A stretch of DNA of 58,887 bases from Craspedostauros australis (Eukaryota): contig JALAGF010004180.1 of assembly GCA_030167865.1 (NCBI GenBank), forward strand, positions 1 to 58,887. Direction: 5' to 3'. Shown piece by piece: positions 1-13,800 of this stretch; position 1 is the first letter of the stretch; every line of letters starts with the position of its first letter. The notes under the pieces were generated by a model that made no database searches, was not told where the DNA came from, and saw only the letters and a program-made list of their open reading frames with translations. The position numbers were made by a program, and so were the translations under genes.

Positions 1-3000
1 TCATTCAATGGATCTGATTCTTCAGCACATTCAGAACAATCACATCGCTCAAAGCAATCAGACGGATCTCGGTCCCACCCTCAGTCGCAGTCTGAGGGTC
101 ACTCTCAATCTCAACTCCAGTCCCAACCAAACACACAAGGCTCCGTCACATCGCATTCCAGCAGCACAAGCCGAGCCTCGTCCAGGACTGGAGATCTATC
201 CAGCACTGGGGACCAAAGTGCAAACATGAGTCAAACAGGAGGCGTAGATAGCAGTGGCCGATCTCACAGCTCACGATCTCACAGCTCACAACCTCATTCA
301 GAGTCGTCTGGAGACTCTCACAGCAAGACATCGAACACGAGCAACAGAAGCGCACAAGCTCGTGACGTTGTCGCACCTTCGTTTGCATCTTTGCCGACAT
401 CTCCATCAGCAAGCCATGCTTCCAGTCACACTTCCAGCCACGCCTTCAGCCACGCTTCTAGCCACGCTTCTAGCACATCGAGAGACCAATCTGTGGCCAG
501 CAAAACAAGCAAGTCAAGCCGAGCAACCTCGGTATCAGGAGGAGGAAGCAAAGGCGCTACCTCGAAGCCAAAGGCATCAAGCCTATTTGATGGATCTGAG
601 TCTGTTGAGGACGCATCGAGATCAGGGCCTGATGTGGATGATGGATTGATGCCGTGGCAAACCGACCATGGTTCTGGATCGTCATCAGATTCGTCATCAG
701 ATTCATCATCAGATCCTTCATCTGGTTCATCATCGGGTTCATCCTCAGGATCATCCTCAGGATCAAACTCATCAAGGTCTGCATCTGGTGCCACTTCGGG
801 CTCAAGCTCTGGATCATCATCCGGATCGTCATCTGGATCATCGTCCAGATCATCATCTGGATCATCATCTGGTTCAAGATCATCCGCTCAATCCCGGTCA
901 TCCGCTCAATCTAGATCATCCGCCCAAACCCGATCATCAGCTCAATCGAAGCCATCTGCCCAATCCAGATCTTCCAACTCATCAACACAAGGAAGTCTGC
1001 CACAACCTGCTGTCCTCCCAACCTGGGATGCCACGCCTGCCGTCGGTGACGCTGACATGGCTGCTGATGCTCCTGGATCATCCGGTCTGTTGGGATCCGA
1101 CTCTGAGATCAGCATACCGACTTTCGATGATGTGCCATGGGATGCTGGAGTGCCCAGTATCACAGCATTTGATGACACTTCGTTGGTGAAGGATCGAGGA
1201 GTGCTGGCTGCATCTGCATCGGTGTCGGTGTCAGCATCGACATCATCGAAGGGATCTCGAGGATTGAATGTGAGTCGCAGTAGTGGTAGCAGCACCACCG
1301 ATGAAAGTGGCAAGTCCGCTGGAAGATCAAGCGTGGCGTCAGATGGGAGCAAAATCAATACCTCCAGCAAAGCATCCAGTCGGGCTTCATCCAAGAGATC
1401 TCTCCCCCTACTGCCGGCATCTCAAGCTTCAAAGTCTACGCCCACCTCCGCGCCTTCTCTTCTTCCGGAGGCTTCAGCTTCATCTCGATCATCCTCCTCC
1501 TCATCAGAGTCTTCAGGATCGTCAGGATCAAACAGTCCGGACTCAAGAACGAAGCGAAGCACTCCACAGAAAAGTATCTTCGTGACCAGCGATCCTGATT
1601 CCTCCAAACCAAGCTCAGGAGGCAGCAGCAAATCATCTCAGTTCTTCGGCTCCACCTCAGAACCCATCGAACCAAGTGTGTCTACACGCAACGATTCGCC
1701 CAACGGCTCTGACGAAGTAGGCTCTTCCCCAGAATCAGCCAATGCCTCGCCACACAAGCCTTCAAACAAGCAGAAGCAAAGCACCTCTTTGCGAAATCAA
1801 GTCATTGTCGAGGACGCCTTCGAGGGATCACAGCCATCACTCGAAGCATCTTCTGCTTCTGACGATTCTTCCTCCGAGCGATCGAGCACGGTTGGATCGT
1901 GGGATTTCATGAACATTTTCTCGACGACGGCGAAGAGTCAGGAGAAGGCTTCATCAAAGCGACGACTCTTTCGCGCAGAATCCAACAGCGGAAGCCCCCT
2001 GCGAGAGTCCTCAACGGGAAGCAGCAGCAGAGCAGCAAGCACAGACACCAACCTCATTTCAAATGTCGACACCCAGATTGGAGCGAATGCAACGTCTCAA
2101 AGTGCAACGCAATATCACGGTGAGCAAACAGGTCGCTCGATTCAAGGCCATGCCAGATCGAATGATATCGAAGCACAGGTAGAGGGATCCGCAGGTCCTG
2201 CACTTGCATCTTTGGAGACAGACAACACTTATGGCGCATCTCAATACGCATACCGTGAAACCTACGTGGTGCCTCGATCCAAAACACCAAGCCAAAAGGA
2301 CGACAAGAAGCCTCCGACGAAGCCGAAAAGTCCGCTTCCAGTCTTGTCCTGGGCTGTCGATCGCCTTGGAAGAAGTACCAATGCAATCGAGAGTGCGAGC
2401 GTAAGCGTTGTGACAACTGCAACGGACGGCTCAGATGCAATCAGTGAGAAGAGAGTCGAGCCGAACCACAGTGCGATCAATGCAGCCGTCGGATGGGGCG
2501 GACTAGACTCAGCGAAAGCGAGAACGAAAGCGATACCTTCTCACAAGAAGGCACCATCTGGAGTCATCGTAGAGGGATCGAGCGACCACAGTCAATCCGA
2601 TTCCTCGAGAAAACGAGCAACTCCCGTTCCACAAGCAGCCACACAAGCCATGCCAAGGGCCATTCCGCGAGCACCACCAAAGACAAGAGCATCAGCATCA
2701 TCAGCAGGTCTTCCTCCCAGATATGTCCCGCGCCATCCTGCAACCCTGGCTTCCTCGTGGAAGACCACGCCAAAAGCAGACCAAGACTCTGACGCATTTC
2801 TTTACAGCAACATCCACAAGACGAAAGAACTGGAGAGTTGGGAACCGCCGACTCCCGTAGTGCAACGAGTGATCCCTGAGGAGGCGTCCCTCCCCGACAG
2901 CATCCCGGTCGCATCATCTAAACCAAAGGATGACTCCAAGTGGCTACCACCGGGCGTCATCCGACAAGCTTCACCAGAAGGCTCTTTGCGAAGCTTTGGC

Positions 3001-5969
3001 TCGTGGAAGGCCCCGCCTGGCAAGGCGGTCTATGATTCACAATCGAGCAAATCCAGCGGGTCCTCATTTTCACAATGGATGCCGCCGCTTGGATCTGCAA
3101 GGATCGACTTTACTGGAATGGTATCATCCTCTGTTGCATCTCAGTCATCCGGACACTTGACGGGGAAGGCAGACGAATCCGAAACGTCACATTCGCAATC
3201 GAACCACTCACCGTCGCATGGCGATGATTCTGCATCGAGATCAGGTTCATCAAAGTCTGGATCTGAGGTCGCATCCCAATCTCAATCCCAATCTCAGTTC
3301 GAGTCACAGTCAGAGTCTGATACCACTTCGGGCGAAGAGTTTGGCGGAGAAAGTGAGAGCTCTTCCGAGCAGAGCAGCGACAAGGAACAAGAGTACAGCG
3401 AGTATTCCGTCTCTGCTAAGGTATCGCAATCGAATCGAGAAGATGATGCTATCAACGACAACAATTTTGTCTTCAATGCATCCAATGCTGCTGCTGGCGA
3501 AGGAAACCAAGCAACGAAGGATCGGTTCTTTGGGGATCAGGGATTCCCAGACATCATCACCTCCAACGTCGACAGTGCCGAAGAAGCTTCCATCCCAAGA
3601 ATGCAATCCTCCAGGTCACAAGGTGGCAAAAAAGCACACAGCTCCGGAAGATTCACGTTTGGATCAGATGAGGAGATGCCGCTGAACGACGAGTCGCAAG
3701 GCACAAACAATAAAAGCAACAGGAGCATGAGCCAGGATGGCGACGACCAAGCCAGAGACGAGGCTTCCGAATCGAGCTCTGACGAAAGTGAGGAGAAGTG
3801 GGGATCTCGCAGAATCCTCCTGGCAGCTTTGGCCGCCTTCGTCTGCTGCTTGATCGTCGCAGTGGTGATCATCCTCCCGATCATTCTAACCAGGGATTCT
3901 GGATCCAGCCCCCGTGAGACATCCTTCAATTCAACGAAGCCAACCCCGAGTCCGATATTCGTCCCTGCGCCTCCGACCATGGCACCAAACACGGTTTCGA
4001 TGCCAACAGCAAGCGACATTGTTCAGCTGATTGCATCCGTCTTGCCCGACAACCAGGATGCTTTGGCAGATCCAAACACTCCCTCCGGCATGGCCATCAA
4101 TTGGCTCCTCGACAATGCGAATCTTGATTCATACTCCAACAGGCAGCTGTTCCAGCGCTTCGCGCTTGCCACCTTGTACTACTCCACACAAGGTGACGAT
4201 TGGACAAACAATGACAGGTGGCTGAGCGACGAGTCTGAGTGCACGTGGTACACATCCGAAGCGACCGCGGCCATTTGCAATGCGCAGGGAGAGCTAGACG
4301 AGATCGACCTCGACTCAAATGAGCTCACCGGTCCGATTCCGTGGTCGGAGTTGAGCATTATCGCCCCACAAATCTTGGTGCTTGACTTCTTTGAGAATGC
4401 ACTTTCCGAGAAGATCTCACCAACGATCGGGACTTTCTCGTCTTTGTTGGTGCTTGACCTCTTCAGCAACAGGATCACCGGGATGATTCCCAGCGAAGTG
4501 GGGCAGCTGGAGGCCCTTGAATACCTTGATATGTCGAAGAATAGACTGTCCGGGAATGTCCCCACCGAGCTGTCAAAATTGACATCGGTAAAGTCTTTGC
4601 TTCTCAATACGAATTTCATTTCAGGTACGTCGCGTCGGTGGGCCAATGCGGCGATCCTTTGCGATATCATGCATGTGAGCGCTTATTTATCGAAGAAACC
4701 TGGCCCTCACAATTCTTTTTGCTTTCGTTGCTTGTACTTCCGTCAATGTTGCTGCCATTGCCCCCCTCGCAACATCCCAACTTCTGCAAAAAACAACAAC
4801 AACAACAACAACATGGTGTAGGCACAATCCCAAGCGAGCTAGGACTGCTGACAGGGCTTCGCACATTGGATGTGTCGGAAAACCTCCTGAAAGGATCGGT
4901 GCCGACCGAACTTTGCGATTTGCAGCTTGACATTCTAAGAATCGATTGCGATCGAGTCCAATGCTCGTGCTGCGTTTGCGCAGGGACCGGCCCGCCGTCC
5001 ACCAGCGCACCGGTGGTGCAACCGACGTTATCTCCTGCCAATACGCCATCCCCAACACCTGCGCCGAATGGATTCCCACCAGTGGTCATTGATGAGACCG
5101 ATCCGCTATACGCTCTGATCCAGTCAATATCTGCTGATGGCGGCGAAGCCCTGAGAACAGAGGGCACCGCGCAACGGACCGCCTTCGGCTGGGTGCAGTC
5201 TGCAGCGAACAACAATATCGGAGATCAGGATCAGCTCATCCAGCGATATGCTTTGGTCACCATCTATTACAGCACAGGTGGTAGCTCCTGGACAAACAAA
5301 CAGTCCTGGCTATCCACCTCCAATGAATGTCTTTGGTACACCAGCGAAACGAAAGACCCTGTGTGCAACGGCGGTGCCAAATATGTCGAACTGAATCTTG
5401 GCGAGAACAACTTGGATGGCACGCTTCCATTGGAAGTGCTGTTACTGGAGGAGCTCCGTACCATCGAGCTGTTGGAGAACAGTCTTTCCGGATCGCTGGC
5501 TCCAGAATTGTCGCGTCTCACAGCACTCGAAGAGTTGGAGCTCCGTTCAAATGAAGTTACTGGGGAGATTCCCACCGAGTACGGACGTCTATCCCTGCTG
5601 AAACGCCTTTCCCTATATGACAACCAGCTAATATCGACGATCCCAACAGAGCTCGGTCGGCTCCTGGAGCTGGAGATGCTGGATGTTGGGTCGAACGATC
5701 TTGTTGGTCCGCTTCCGAGCGAGATCGGCAACATGGCGAGCCTTGCGGGCCTCTCCGTCTACGACAACCAACAATTGGGAGGGAACATTCCCACTCAGCT
5801 TGCGAACGCAATCAACCTGCAACTGATCTACTTGGACGCAACCAGCTTGGTTGGTCCTATTCCGGGCGGCGTGTGTGATTTGGACATCAGAGATTTCTGG
5901 TCCGATTGCCAAGAAACACAATGCCTGTGCTGTACGACATGTTGCATCGACGATTTCGGTTGCGTATGA
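1..5969 (+). CDS. Giant Ser-rich, single-TM LRR receptor-like protein with two tandem LRR modules (5'-truncated; exons <1..4624, 4822..5969)
   Basis: Frame is open from base 1 (SFNGSDSSAH...) into ORF 226..4821. TM ILLAALAAFVCCLIVAVVIILPIIL at ~3811-3888. Cap QRFALATLYYSTQG..W...WL...EC.WY is followed by plant-type LRRs (LxxLxLxxNxLxGxIPxEL). Intron GTACGT(4625)..GTGTAG(4821) restores FISGTIPSELG in frame. Ends in Cys cap DCQETQCLCCTTCC. Confidence 0.88.
679..975 (+). repeat. Coding tandem repeats: 12-bp SSSG/SSSD units, then 18-bp SAQSRS units
   Basis: Repeated TCATCATCTGGA-like and TCCGCTCAATCCCGGTCA-like units, seen in DNA and translation. Confidence 0.8.
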
Positions 5970-7885
5970 GCAGGCATATGCGAAGTACAGCGAGAAGTTG
6001 AAGCCTCACAGACGAACACGTCAAAACCACCCAGCAGCGCCTGTCTGCGGTTGCACAAAAAGCATGTAGAGCGGAGCATTGATATGGTAAATTCAGATCA
6101 GAACCTCTCTTTTAGTTGTCGATTCACCCGTGTTCACCTACCTTGGTGCACGAATATCCACTTCAGCGGAAATGATACAAGTAGGTGTACTATGTGCCAT
6201 CCTCTAGTATCAGGAGGACTCCAGCGTTTCCAACGAATGTGTTGGGATGGTGTTTCGTCGGACGTGAACCTAGTGTTTTTAGTGCGATATGAAGTTCGAT
6301 CATTCTTTACACAATTGAATAATCGCCGCAACTCCATTTGGGGAATGTGTCATTGTCAGTCTGTACTTCAACCGTCAATTGAGTCACAGCGCGCAACAGT
6401 CGGGGCTCCTGCTCAGGTGTCTTGGTCAGGGCAACTTACTCCAGCCTTGCCTCTGCAATCCACCTCTCTCTCTCTCTCGCTTGCTCTACTCCAGGTAGAA
6501 TAAGATCTTCAGGATGTGTATCGGCATCTGGGCATGCAGCATGGTGCATTGCTTCGTCTCTCAATTCAGTTACGTGCAAACGATTCACTTCGTCAGTCGA
6601 CCACAGACCCAAGCGAAATCCCGACTGGAGATTCTTTTTTCTCCACAAGCAACGTCTCGCTGTCTCAAGAAATCGATCACTCCAAACCCAAGCAGCGAAC
6701 GATCGTATTAGCCCATTGAACAAACACATACATATGGAACTAGAATGGCCGAGACAGAGTGACAGCAGTGGCACTGTGATTTCTGCTGTACTATGGGCTG
6801 GGTTGGAGTACTCTAGCCTCATTGATGGTGCTGAATTGTACAGCATATAGCAGAGTGAAAGATAGGCATGCCGGCCGTGCAAGTGAGTGATGTTTGCACA
6901 GTGAACGACAAGTCTAGTCATCGTATCGCGCGCACACTTTTTGACCAACCGTTGTTGTAGCGCGTGTGCTGAAAAAAGAAATGGCAAAAAGTGAGCCAAT
7001 TTTCTCCTTTGTTCCTTCCAGTCACGACCGCGTATATGTGGCTCAAGACAGGGCGGTTACAACAACGTGAGTATTTCATGTGTATCAATATGTATTTGTG
7101 TCTTGTGCGACATGATTGCAATGTTATTTAGGGTGCGCATCCGTATCGAATGCGCAAGATGTGACAAATTTGTTGCGCAGAGCACAAAATTGTGGTGACA
7201 TTCTGCTTCCGCCAAATTTGGACAGTCGATTTGATTTCTTTGTTCGTCGTCCGCCTGGAAGAAGAGGCATTGTCCAGATGCCTTTCATGCAAGCTGGGGA
7301 ATGGCAACAGCGCACTTGTGTCGGCATCATCATCATCATCTCATCGCCGTCATCGCCGAGAGGCCATATTCGCCACTTTCATCATTGCACTGTGGTGGAT
7401 GAAGACATTCGATCGGTCGTTGATGTTGGCTGCCGGTTCCCTATGTCATTGTGTTTCCGACGAGGCCGCCTGGTGTTATCCCACTGATACATGAAACGCT
7501 TGATCGTCGACTTGCTGTATTCACCTCTGTCGCTGCTGCTGTCGTCGCTGTGGCGAGAAAAGGCGAAGGAAGCATCGAGCGGTGGAGGCTTTCGTCAACT
7601 GACCGCTGGCGGAGCCCACAGGCGCAGCCAAGGGTCGTTGCAACCGACACAGCATCCAAGTCGCAGACCTCCACACACATCGACAGAGTGAGTGACAAGG
7701 CAAGCCACATCAGCAACAAACGTGCACGCACACATCCACACATTCACGCATTGGCAGCATAGCACTCCAAAGGCAATCCAGGGTCCTCGAGTACTGAACC
7801 ATTGAACCTCGGACCATACCATCCAAGTCCAAGTCGAAACCGGCGACAACAACAACAACATACCGAATCGTTGATCGATCGGCTA

Positions 7886-10800
7886 ATGTCAGAGTCCCCA
7901 CCGCCGACAACTGTGTTCTTCCAGAGTTCTTCATCACGCAGCACTGCATCTCCGAAGTCTCAATCAGGATCGCACTCCGACGTCTCGTCGTCTTTATCCG
8001 GCTCCTCGTCTTCGTCTTCGTCAGCATCGGGATCTGCGTCTACATCTGCATCTTCGGCATCCACGCGCTCACGGGGGTCGTCTAACTCAGGATCTTCCAG
8101 GATGACATACGGATCATATTCCACGTCGTCATCGTCTGGTTCCTCATATTCATCAAGGTCAGGTTCGTCAGGGTCAGGCTCCTCGAGGTCTGGATCCGAA
8201 TCATCCGTCTCTCTCTCCGGGACCAGCGGCTCATCCTCGGGCGGCTCATCGAACGAGTCAAACCCATCGGCATACTCGGGCAGCACCATGTCCTCGCGCG
8301 ATGGTAGGAGCAGAAACCAGCGACGATCGGCACATTCCTCTCCTTCATCCAGTTCGGAATCGGCCATCGACGAGGACATGGAGATCCAGGAGGTGATTGT
8401 GGTGGATTCGACGGATGATGAAGTGGTGGAAAAAACACCATCGCGGATGCCATCCAAAACATTTCGGCAGAGCAGTTCCATATCAGCGTCCTCCCAGTCC
8501 AACAGAAATGCCGGGGGAATTGGCGCCACATCCAACCATTCCGCATCAAAGCGCAGTACGCAGCAACCGCGAAGACAGGTGAAGACCACATCGACGCATA
8601 GCAAGGCCTCCGCCGTCTCATCGATGTCATCCTCGAATCATTCATCGAGCAGAGGCAAGGCGGCATTCGCACGACGGAAGAATTCATCCAGCCACAACCA
8701 GTCGATACTCAGCCCCATTGCGACTGGTAAGAAACCCATCGGAACAGCCTTTCTTAAATCGGCTGACAGCAGCGACGACGGCAGCGCCAAAAGCTCATCC
8801 ATGGAATCGGCACTCAAGACCACCTTCAACTCCACCCTGCATCGTCAGCATTCGGACCATAGTGTTGGTCATGAAAGCGTGCATAGCGCAACGAGCATGT
8901 CCAGCGCGCGGTCCAAGATCAAAGAATTGACGCAACTGCGGCAGAAGATCAACCTCAAACAAAAATCGGGAAGTGCTGCCGCTGCTACGAAGAGCGCCGA
9001 TGCTTCCGATCCTGATCAACAACCCAACAACCCGCCGGGTGCTCCGCTCGTGGGCAAAACGCCCGACTGGGCTAAGAACAGGAAGATCCGAAAGGTCGCG
9101 CTCCCACCATGGCTTCAGAAGGACAGCAGTAGCGCTGATCCGGCGGAGGAACCAGCACTCGCCAGACAATCATCAGACGTCGGTGCCAGAGAATCGGATG
9201 ACTCCGGCTCTATCTTCAGTTCGTATTCCAGACGACCGATTGTCCCTCCCGGTTCATCCACATCGCCAACAGCCAGCAGAAAATCATCAATATCGAGCCA
9301 CGTCCCACAAAGCCCATGGTCGACGCAGAGCGGCGACATGATGCCTCACAGCGCGCATGGCGATCCGCAGGTCCAGTCCGTACCGGCTGGCATCGTGCAG
9401 CGCATGTCGCAATCCATGCATTCACCGGCCAGTACCACCACAAACACCGGGCCAAAGTGGAGGAGCAAGAAGCCCGGCAAGCAAGCACCAGCATGGATGT
9501 CAAAGGGCACCAAACCCCAGGGCAGCAGTGACAATGAAGGCCTGTCCTCGTCAGCGACACCCAACCCTCGTGACGCTAACGATGCAGAAACGGAGTTCAA
9601 CAAGTCAGTGGAGAGTGAGTCGGCATTTGCTGCGTATGCCAACATCGGTGCCGAATCTTCATTTGACGATGACAACGATATTGTCGGTGGCAATCACGAT
9701 GATGAGAATGATGATGCCGCAAGCTTTGAAGAGGACGAAAAGAGCCAATCCAGCGCGCCCATCAAAGACGTTCCAAAGAAGAAGAAGAAGAAGAAGAACT
9801 GGTCCGCCAAATCCACAAAGCCTGAGTCAGTGCAATATCTGTCAGGCTCCGAAGACGAAATGGTGGCTGGCAATGCTTATGAACAAGTCAAGCCACCGAC
9901 GGGCGAGGAGGAATTGGACCAGCTCATTGCAGATATCCGACGTATCGGCGACGACGGCAAATCTGCCAAATTCGGTGCGATGTTTGATGATCCACAGGTC
10001 GAGCAGTACTACGAGGCACTGGTGGGGACATTGATCATGGCAAAGAAGCGGAAGTTGATCACATTCAAGGGACAAATGCTGCTGAAAGGCCCGCACGACG
10101 ACGTCGTGATTACGATATGTGGCGACGAAGACGATGATGGTAACAACAACGACGACAACGATGATGGCAAGAAAAGCCGGGAGAACGCATCAAAACCGAA
10201 GGATGCACCGACCAAACCCGCGCCAAGCCAGAAGGGGAGATCGATATTGCAAGACATCAAACCACCATTTGCGATCGAAACTTCCAAACCAGACGATTCG
10301 GCTCGACAAGATAAGGGTGCTCTTCCCGTCCCCGTTCCCAGTCCGCAATCGCAATCGCAATCGGGGAGCAGTGAAAGCAGGGCAAAGGGTGGCAAAAATA
10401 GGAATGACAGGCAAAGCAGCAACGGCAGCGATGGTGGCGACACTCAAGGTGACAAGGCCAATGGAAGCGCAAATCAACAGCAGTCGGCAAATGATGCTGC
10501 CGACAATGGTCCACGTAGCGCGAGTGCTGATGCCACAGGCAAGGACAAAGAAAAGGACGACGTCGCCTCAAAGAAGCAAGAGGGCGACGATGCTGCATCA
10601 ACTCCTAATTCCAATGCCGACGAGGAAAAGGCAGCATCAACTTACAGCAAGAGTAGCAGCGCAAAACCAAGAAATTCCAACCAAATATTAGTGGAGACCG
10701 TGACGGAGGACCAAACCGACACATCCTTCGGTTCTCAATACGAAACAAATTTGAAGGATGGATCAGGTGCGTCACGCAACGAGAAATTCCCCATCGTGCC

Positions 10801-13800
10801 TGCCACGAACTTGCTCACCCAAGGCCCCAGCGACGCAGGCCGACAACAGGGACCATCTTCCAACGAAAGTGGGTCCCCAATCGACCGAAGCAGCCAATCG
10901 GGCTCCTTCATCCTCTCCCTCCACACCGAGTACTCCGAAGAGACCTTCACTGTGTCAGAAGAAGTTGTTTCGGCAATGAGCGAGGAGACGTTGTCATTCG
11001 GGGATGACGTCGAGTCGCCTGATCCTTCTGCAGGTGGTTCCACAGCAGCGTCACAGCTAGCATCCACAACGGCAGGCGAAGCAACTACGATCAACGATGG
11101 CGACGGAGACACGCTTGAAGAAGCGACCATCGAGGGAGAAGCCACGGCAATATCAACAGCGGGGCAGGAGACAAGGAGGTCCAACGACGATGAGGCAGAG
11201 ACAGTGGAAGACGACACCACCAAGGATGCAAATGAAGATGAAAATGACGATGATGACAAAGACGCGAAGGAGTTAGGCGCGCTCCCAAAGATCTCATCAG
11301 CAGCAAAAGACGAGGAGAGCTCCATCGCCACTCCGAAACGGACCAACAGCATCCCGATGGTCATCACACACACAGGCGATGATGATCAGGTCACGTTGCT
11401 CACTGAAGATCAGAGTTTGGAGCAGGATAGATCGATGCATACGAGCGTTCGAACGGCTGAGACCGGCAGCAACCAAGATGGAGGAGCGCTGTTCGGCACG
11501 AAGACGCCGTTGCATGCCAACGTGAGGAAGCTATCTCCATCAATCGCACAGCTCATGGCGGCGCAAAGGAAATCCGATGGGCCGCCTGTCACGTCAGATT
11601 CAAATTCCTGGGGGATTGTGACGGATGCTCTCACGGGTGACAAGCAGAAGAGGGGAGAAGAGAAGAGGGAGCCACAGCGATTGGATCGCGACAGCGACCA
11701 CAATTACGATTGGGCGTTCGTGGCGAGAGCGATGAAGACGGCGCCTGATTCGCAGCGAGTGGGAACTGCAGAGACGACCGAGAAGCCGCCAGCTCCTGTC
11801 CCAACATCACATTGGGATATGGTCAAGCGGAAATTCGTTCCCTCAGCAGGTGCAGAGTTTGAGCAGGAACTGTTTGAGCAATCCTTGAGAGAGGAGCAAG
11901 AGAAGAGGTCACACTGGGACACCGTGAGGCAGAGCTACGCGCCATCGGCCCATTCTGAGCTGGAGAAGGAGAAACGAACGCCGTCGCAGGAACAGTGGAC
12001 GAATCTTCGGAATAACTTCACCATGCAGTCCAAGTACGAATCAGAATTCATACCGCAGAAAGACTCCTCCTGGGTGCCGCTGATCGATTCCGTGATCAGT
12101 CGGAACAAGAACGAACCTGGAACACCAGAGAATGCTGCCGTGACTCCAACCGAAGCAGCTTCCAGCATCATTGTGGCTTCCGCCCGAACCCAAACGCAGC
12201 CCTCGTCGGAGCTGAGCTGGGGCGATTCGAAAGCTGACACGAGCGCGGCCGTAATCGCTGGAGTTCAGATAAGCAACAGCGATCGTGGTGCTCCAACTGG
12301 CGATTCCAAAAGCGATGATTGGTTGCCGTTGCCTTCGCGTCCCATCCCAAGGTCTATTGAAAAGGCGGCGCCGCAAACGTCCGAATCTGTGGCACCGACA
12401 TCTCCATCGACGTCGTCCACGGGGAGCAACGGAAGCTGGGTGCCTAGGGAAACAAAGGCAAGATTCTCGCGGATCGATTTTTCTGGATCGGTGATTAAGA
12501 AAGGCGAAAACCAGTCAGATGGCACGATGTGGAACGCACCTCCATTGCAGACCCTTGGCTCGGACTCGGACTCCGCAGACGATGGTGACGGCGACAGCAA
12601 CGACAACTCTCAGTCCGGATCAGCGTCTGTGTCCATATCCAACCACCTGTCGTCATCGTCGTCATCATCATCTTCTTCGTCTAACGAAGAGAGATCAGCC
12701 ACAGAGATAGAAGGCAACGGCAGCGAGTTCAGTAGTTCTGGGAGCACTTCGTCTGGGTCAGGATCTGGGTCAGGATCCAGTTCGGACTCGGGTTCAAGTT
12801 CAAACTCCAATTCAAGTTCTGCCAATGAAGGCACAGGTTTGGCAGATCCTAGCAACAGCACAGTCACAGACAACAAGCATCCGGTTCACACCTCAACCCA
12901 GGGCAGCGAGGTAGAGAGCGTCGACGTCAGCGACGTTTCATCCACATCTTACGAGGTGTCGATGAAATTCAACGACGGTGGCGACGACGACGACGACGAC
13001 AACGACGGCAAGGGCGGCAAGAAAGATGGCTCCACGCAACCGAGGAAGGATTCTATGTCCAACTCATCGCACAGCGTTCGGTTTTCGCAAACGAACGAGG
13101 TTGCGTACTCAACGACGAGCAATTCCAGACTCGTTGTGCAATCGGTAATGCAGTCACCACCAGCGCGTAACCCGGCACCACCGCACACCCCATCGATGGA
13201 TAGCATCGATGACTTTGATCTCGAACGAGGTGGCAATAGAAGCGCGGCAGCGGCAGGATCATCCACGGGAAGAGCAACTAGCGCGGCGAGCAGCAACAGT
13301 AGCACTGGAGGTGGAGGTGGAGGTGGAGGCGCCAGATCCACGGCTGCGTCTCGCAATGCTGCGAGGAACGGTTCCAGAAGGACTGAAAATAGCAGGAGAG
13401 AAAAGGCGGGCACGGCTGGGAGCAAAGGGCGATGCTGCGCAATCTGCGTCATCGTCGCGATCCTTCTGCTGCTGGCAGGTGCCGCAACCTTCGTAGTAGG
13501 CATCTTACTCTTTGATTGGTTCGACAATGGCAGCGATCGTGGGATATCGAGCTTCAATGGCACGGAAGAAGTCACGTTTGCTCCAACGATGGATCCCACA
13601 CGGGCGTCGCCTATCGTACAATCGACGGTAGCTCCAGCGATAGCACCCGTGGTGTCTCCGACACAGCAACCACAATCGCAGCCGACAGTCCCTGAAACCA
13701 GCTTGCCTACGATGATCCCAACCCAGCAGATCGTGCCGAACGAGCCGGATCCGTTGGTGCAGCTAATATCGAATGCAGTGCCAGATGGTGGTGCGTCGCT

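Noticed and set aside
670-975. Regular short repeats as a CRISPR-like array
   Set aside because: In-frame coding repeats without unique spacers, no cas genes, eukaryotic context.
4625-4821. C-terminus of ORF 226..4821 and N-terminus of ORF 4638..5969 as two separate proteins (poly-N / poly-Q ends)
   Set aside because: Both are intron read-through; splicing restores the LRR consensus.
6051-7800. Short ORFs between the two LRR genes
   Set aside because: No motifs or evident codon bias; treated as UTR/promoter DNA.
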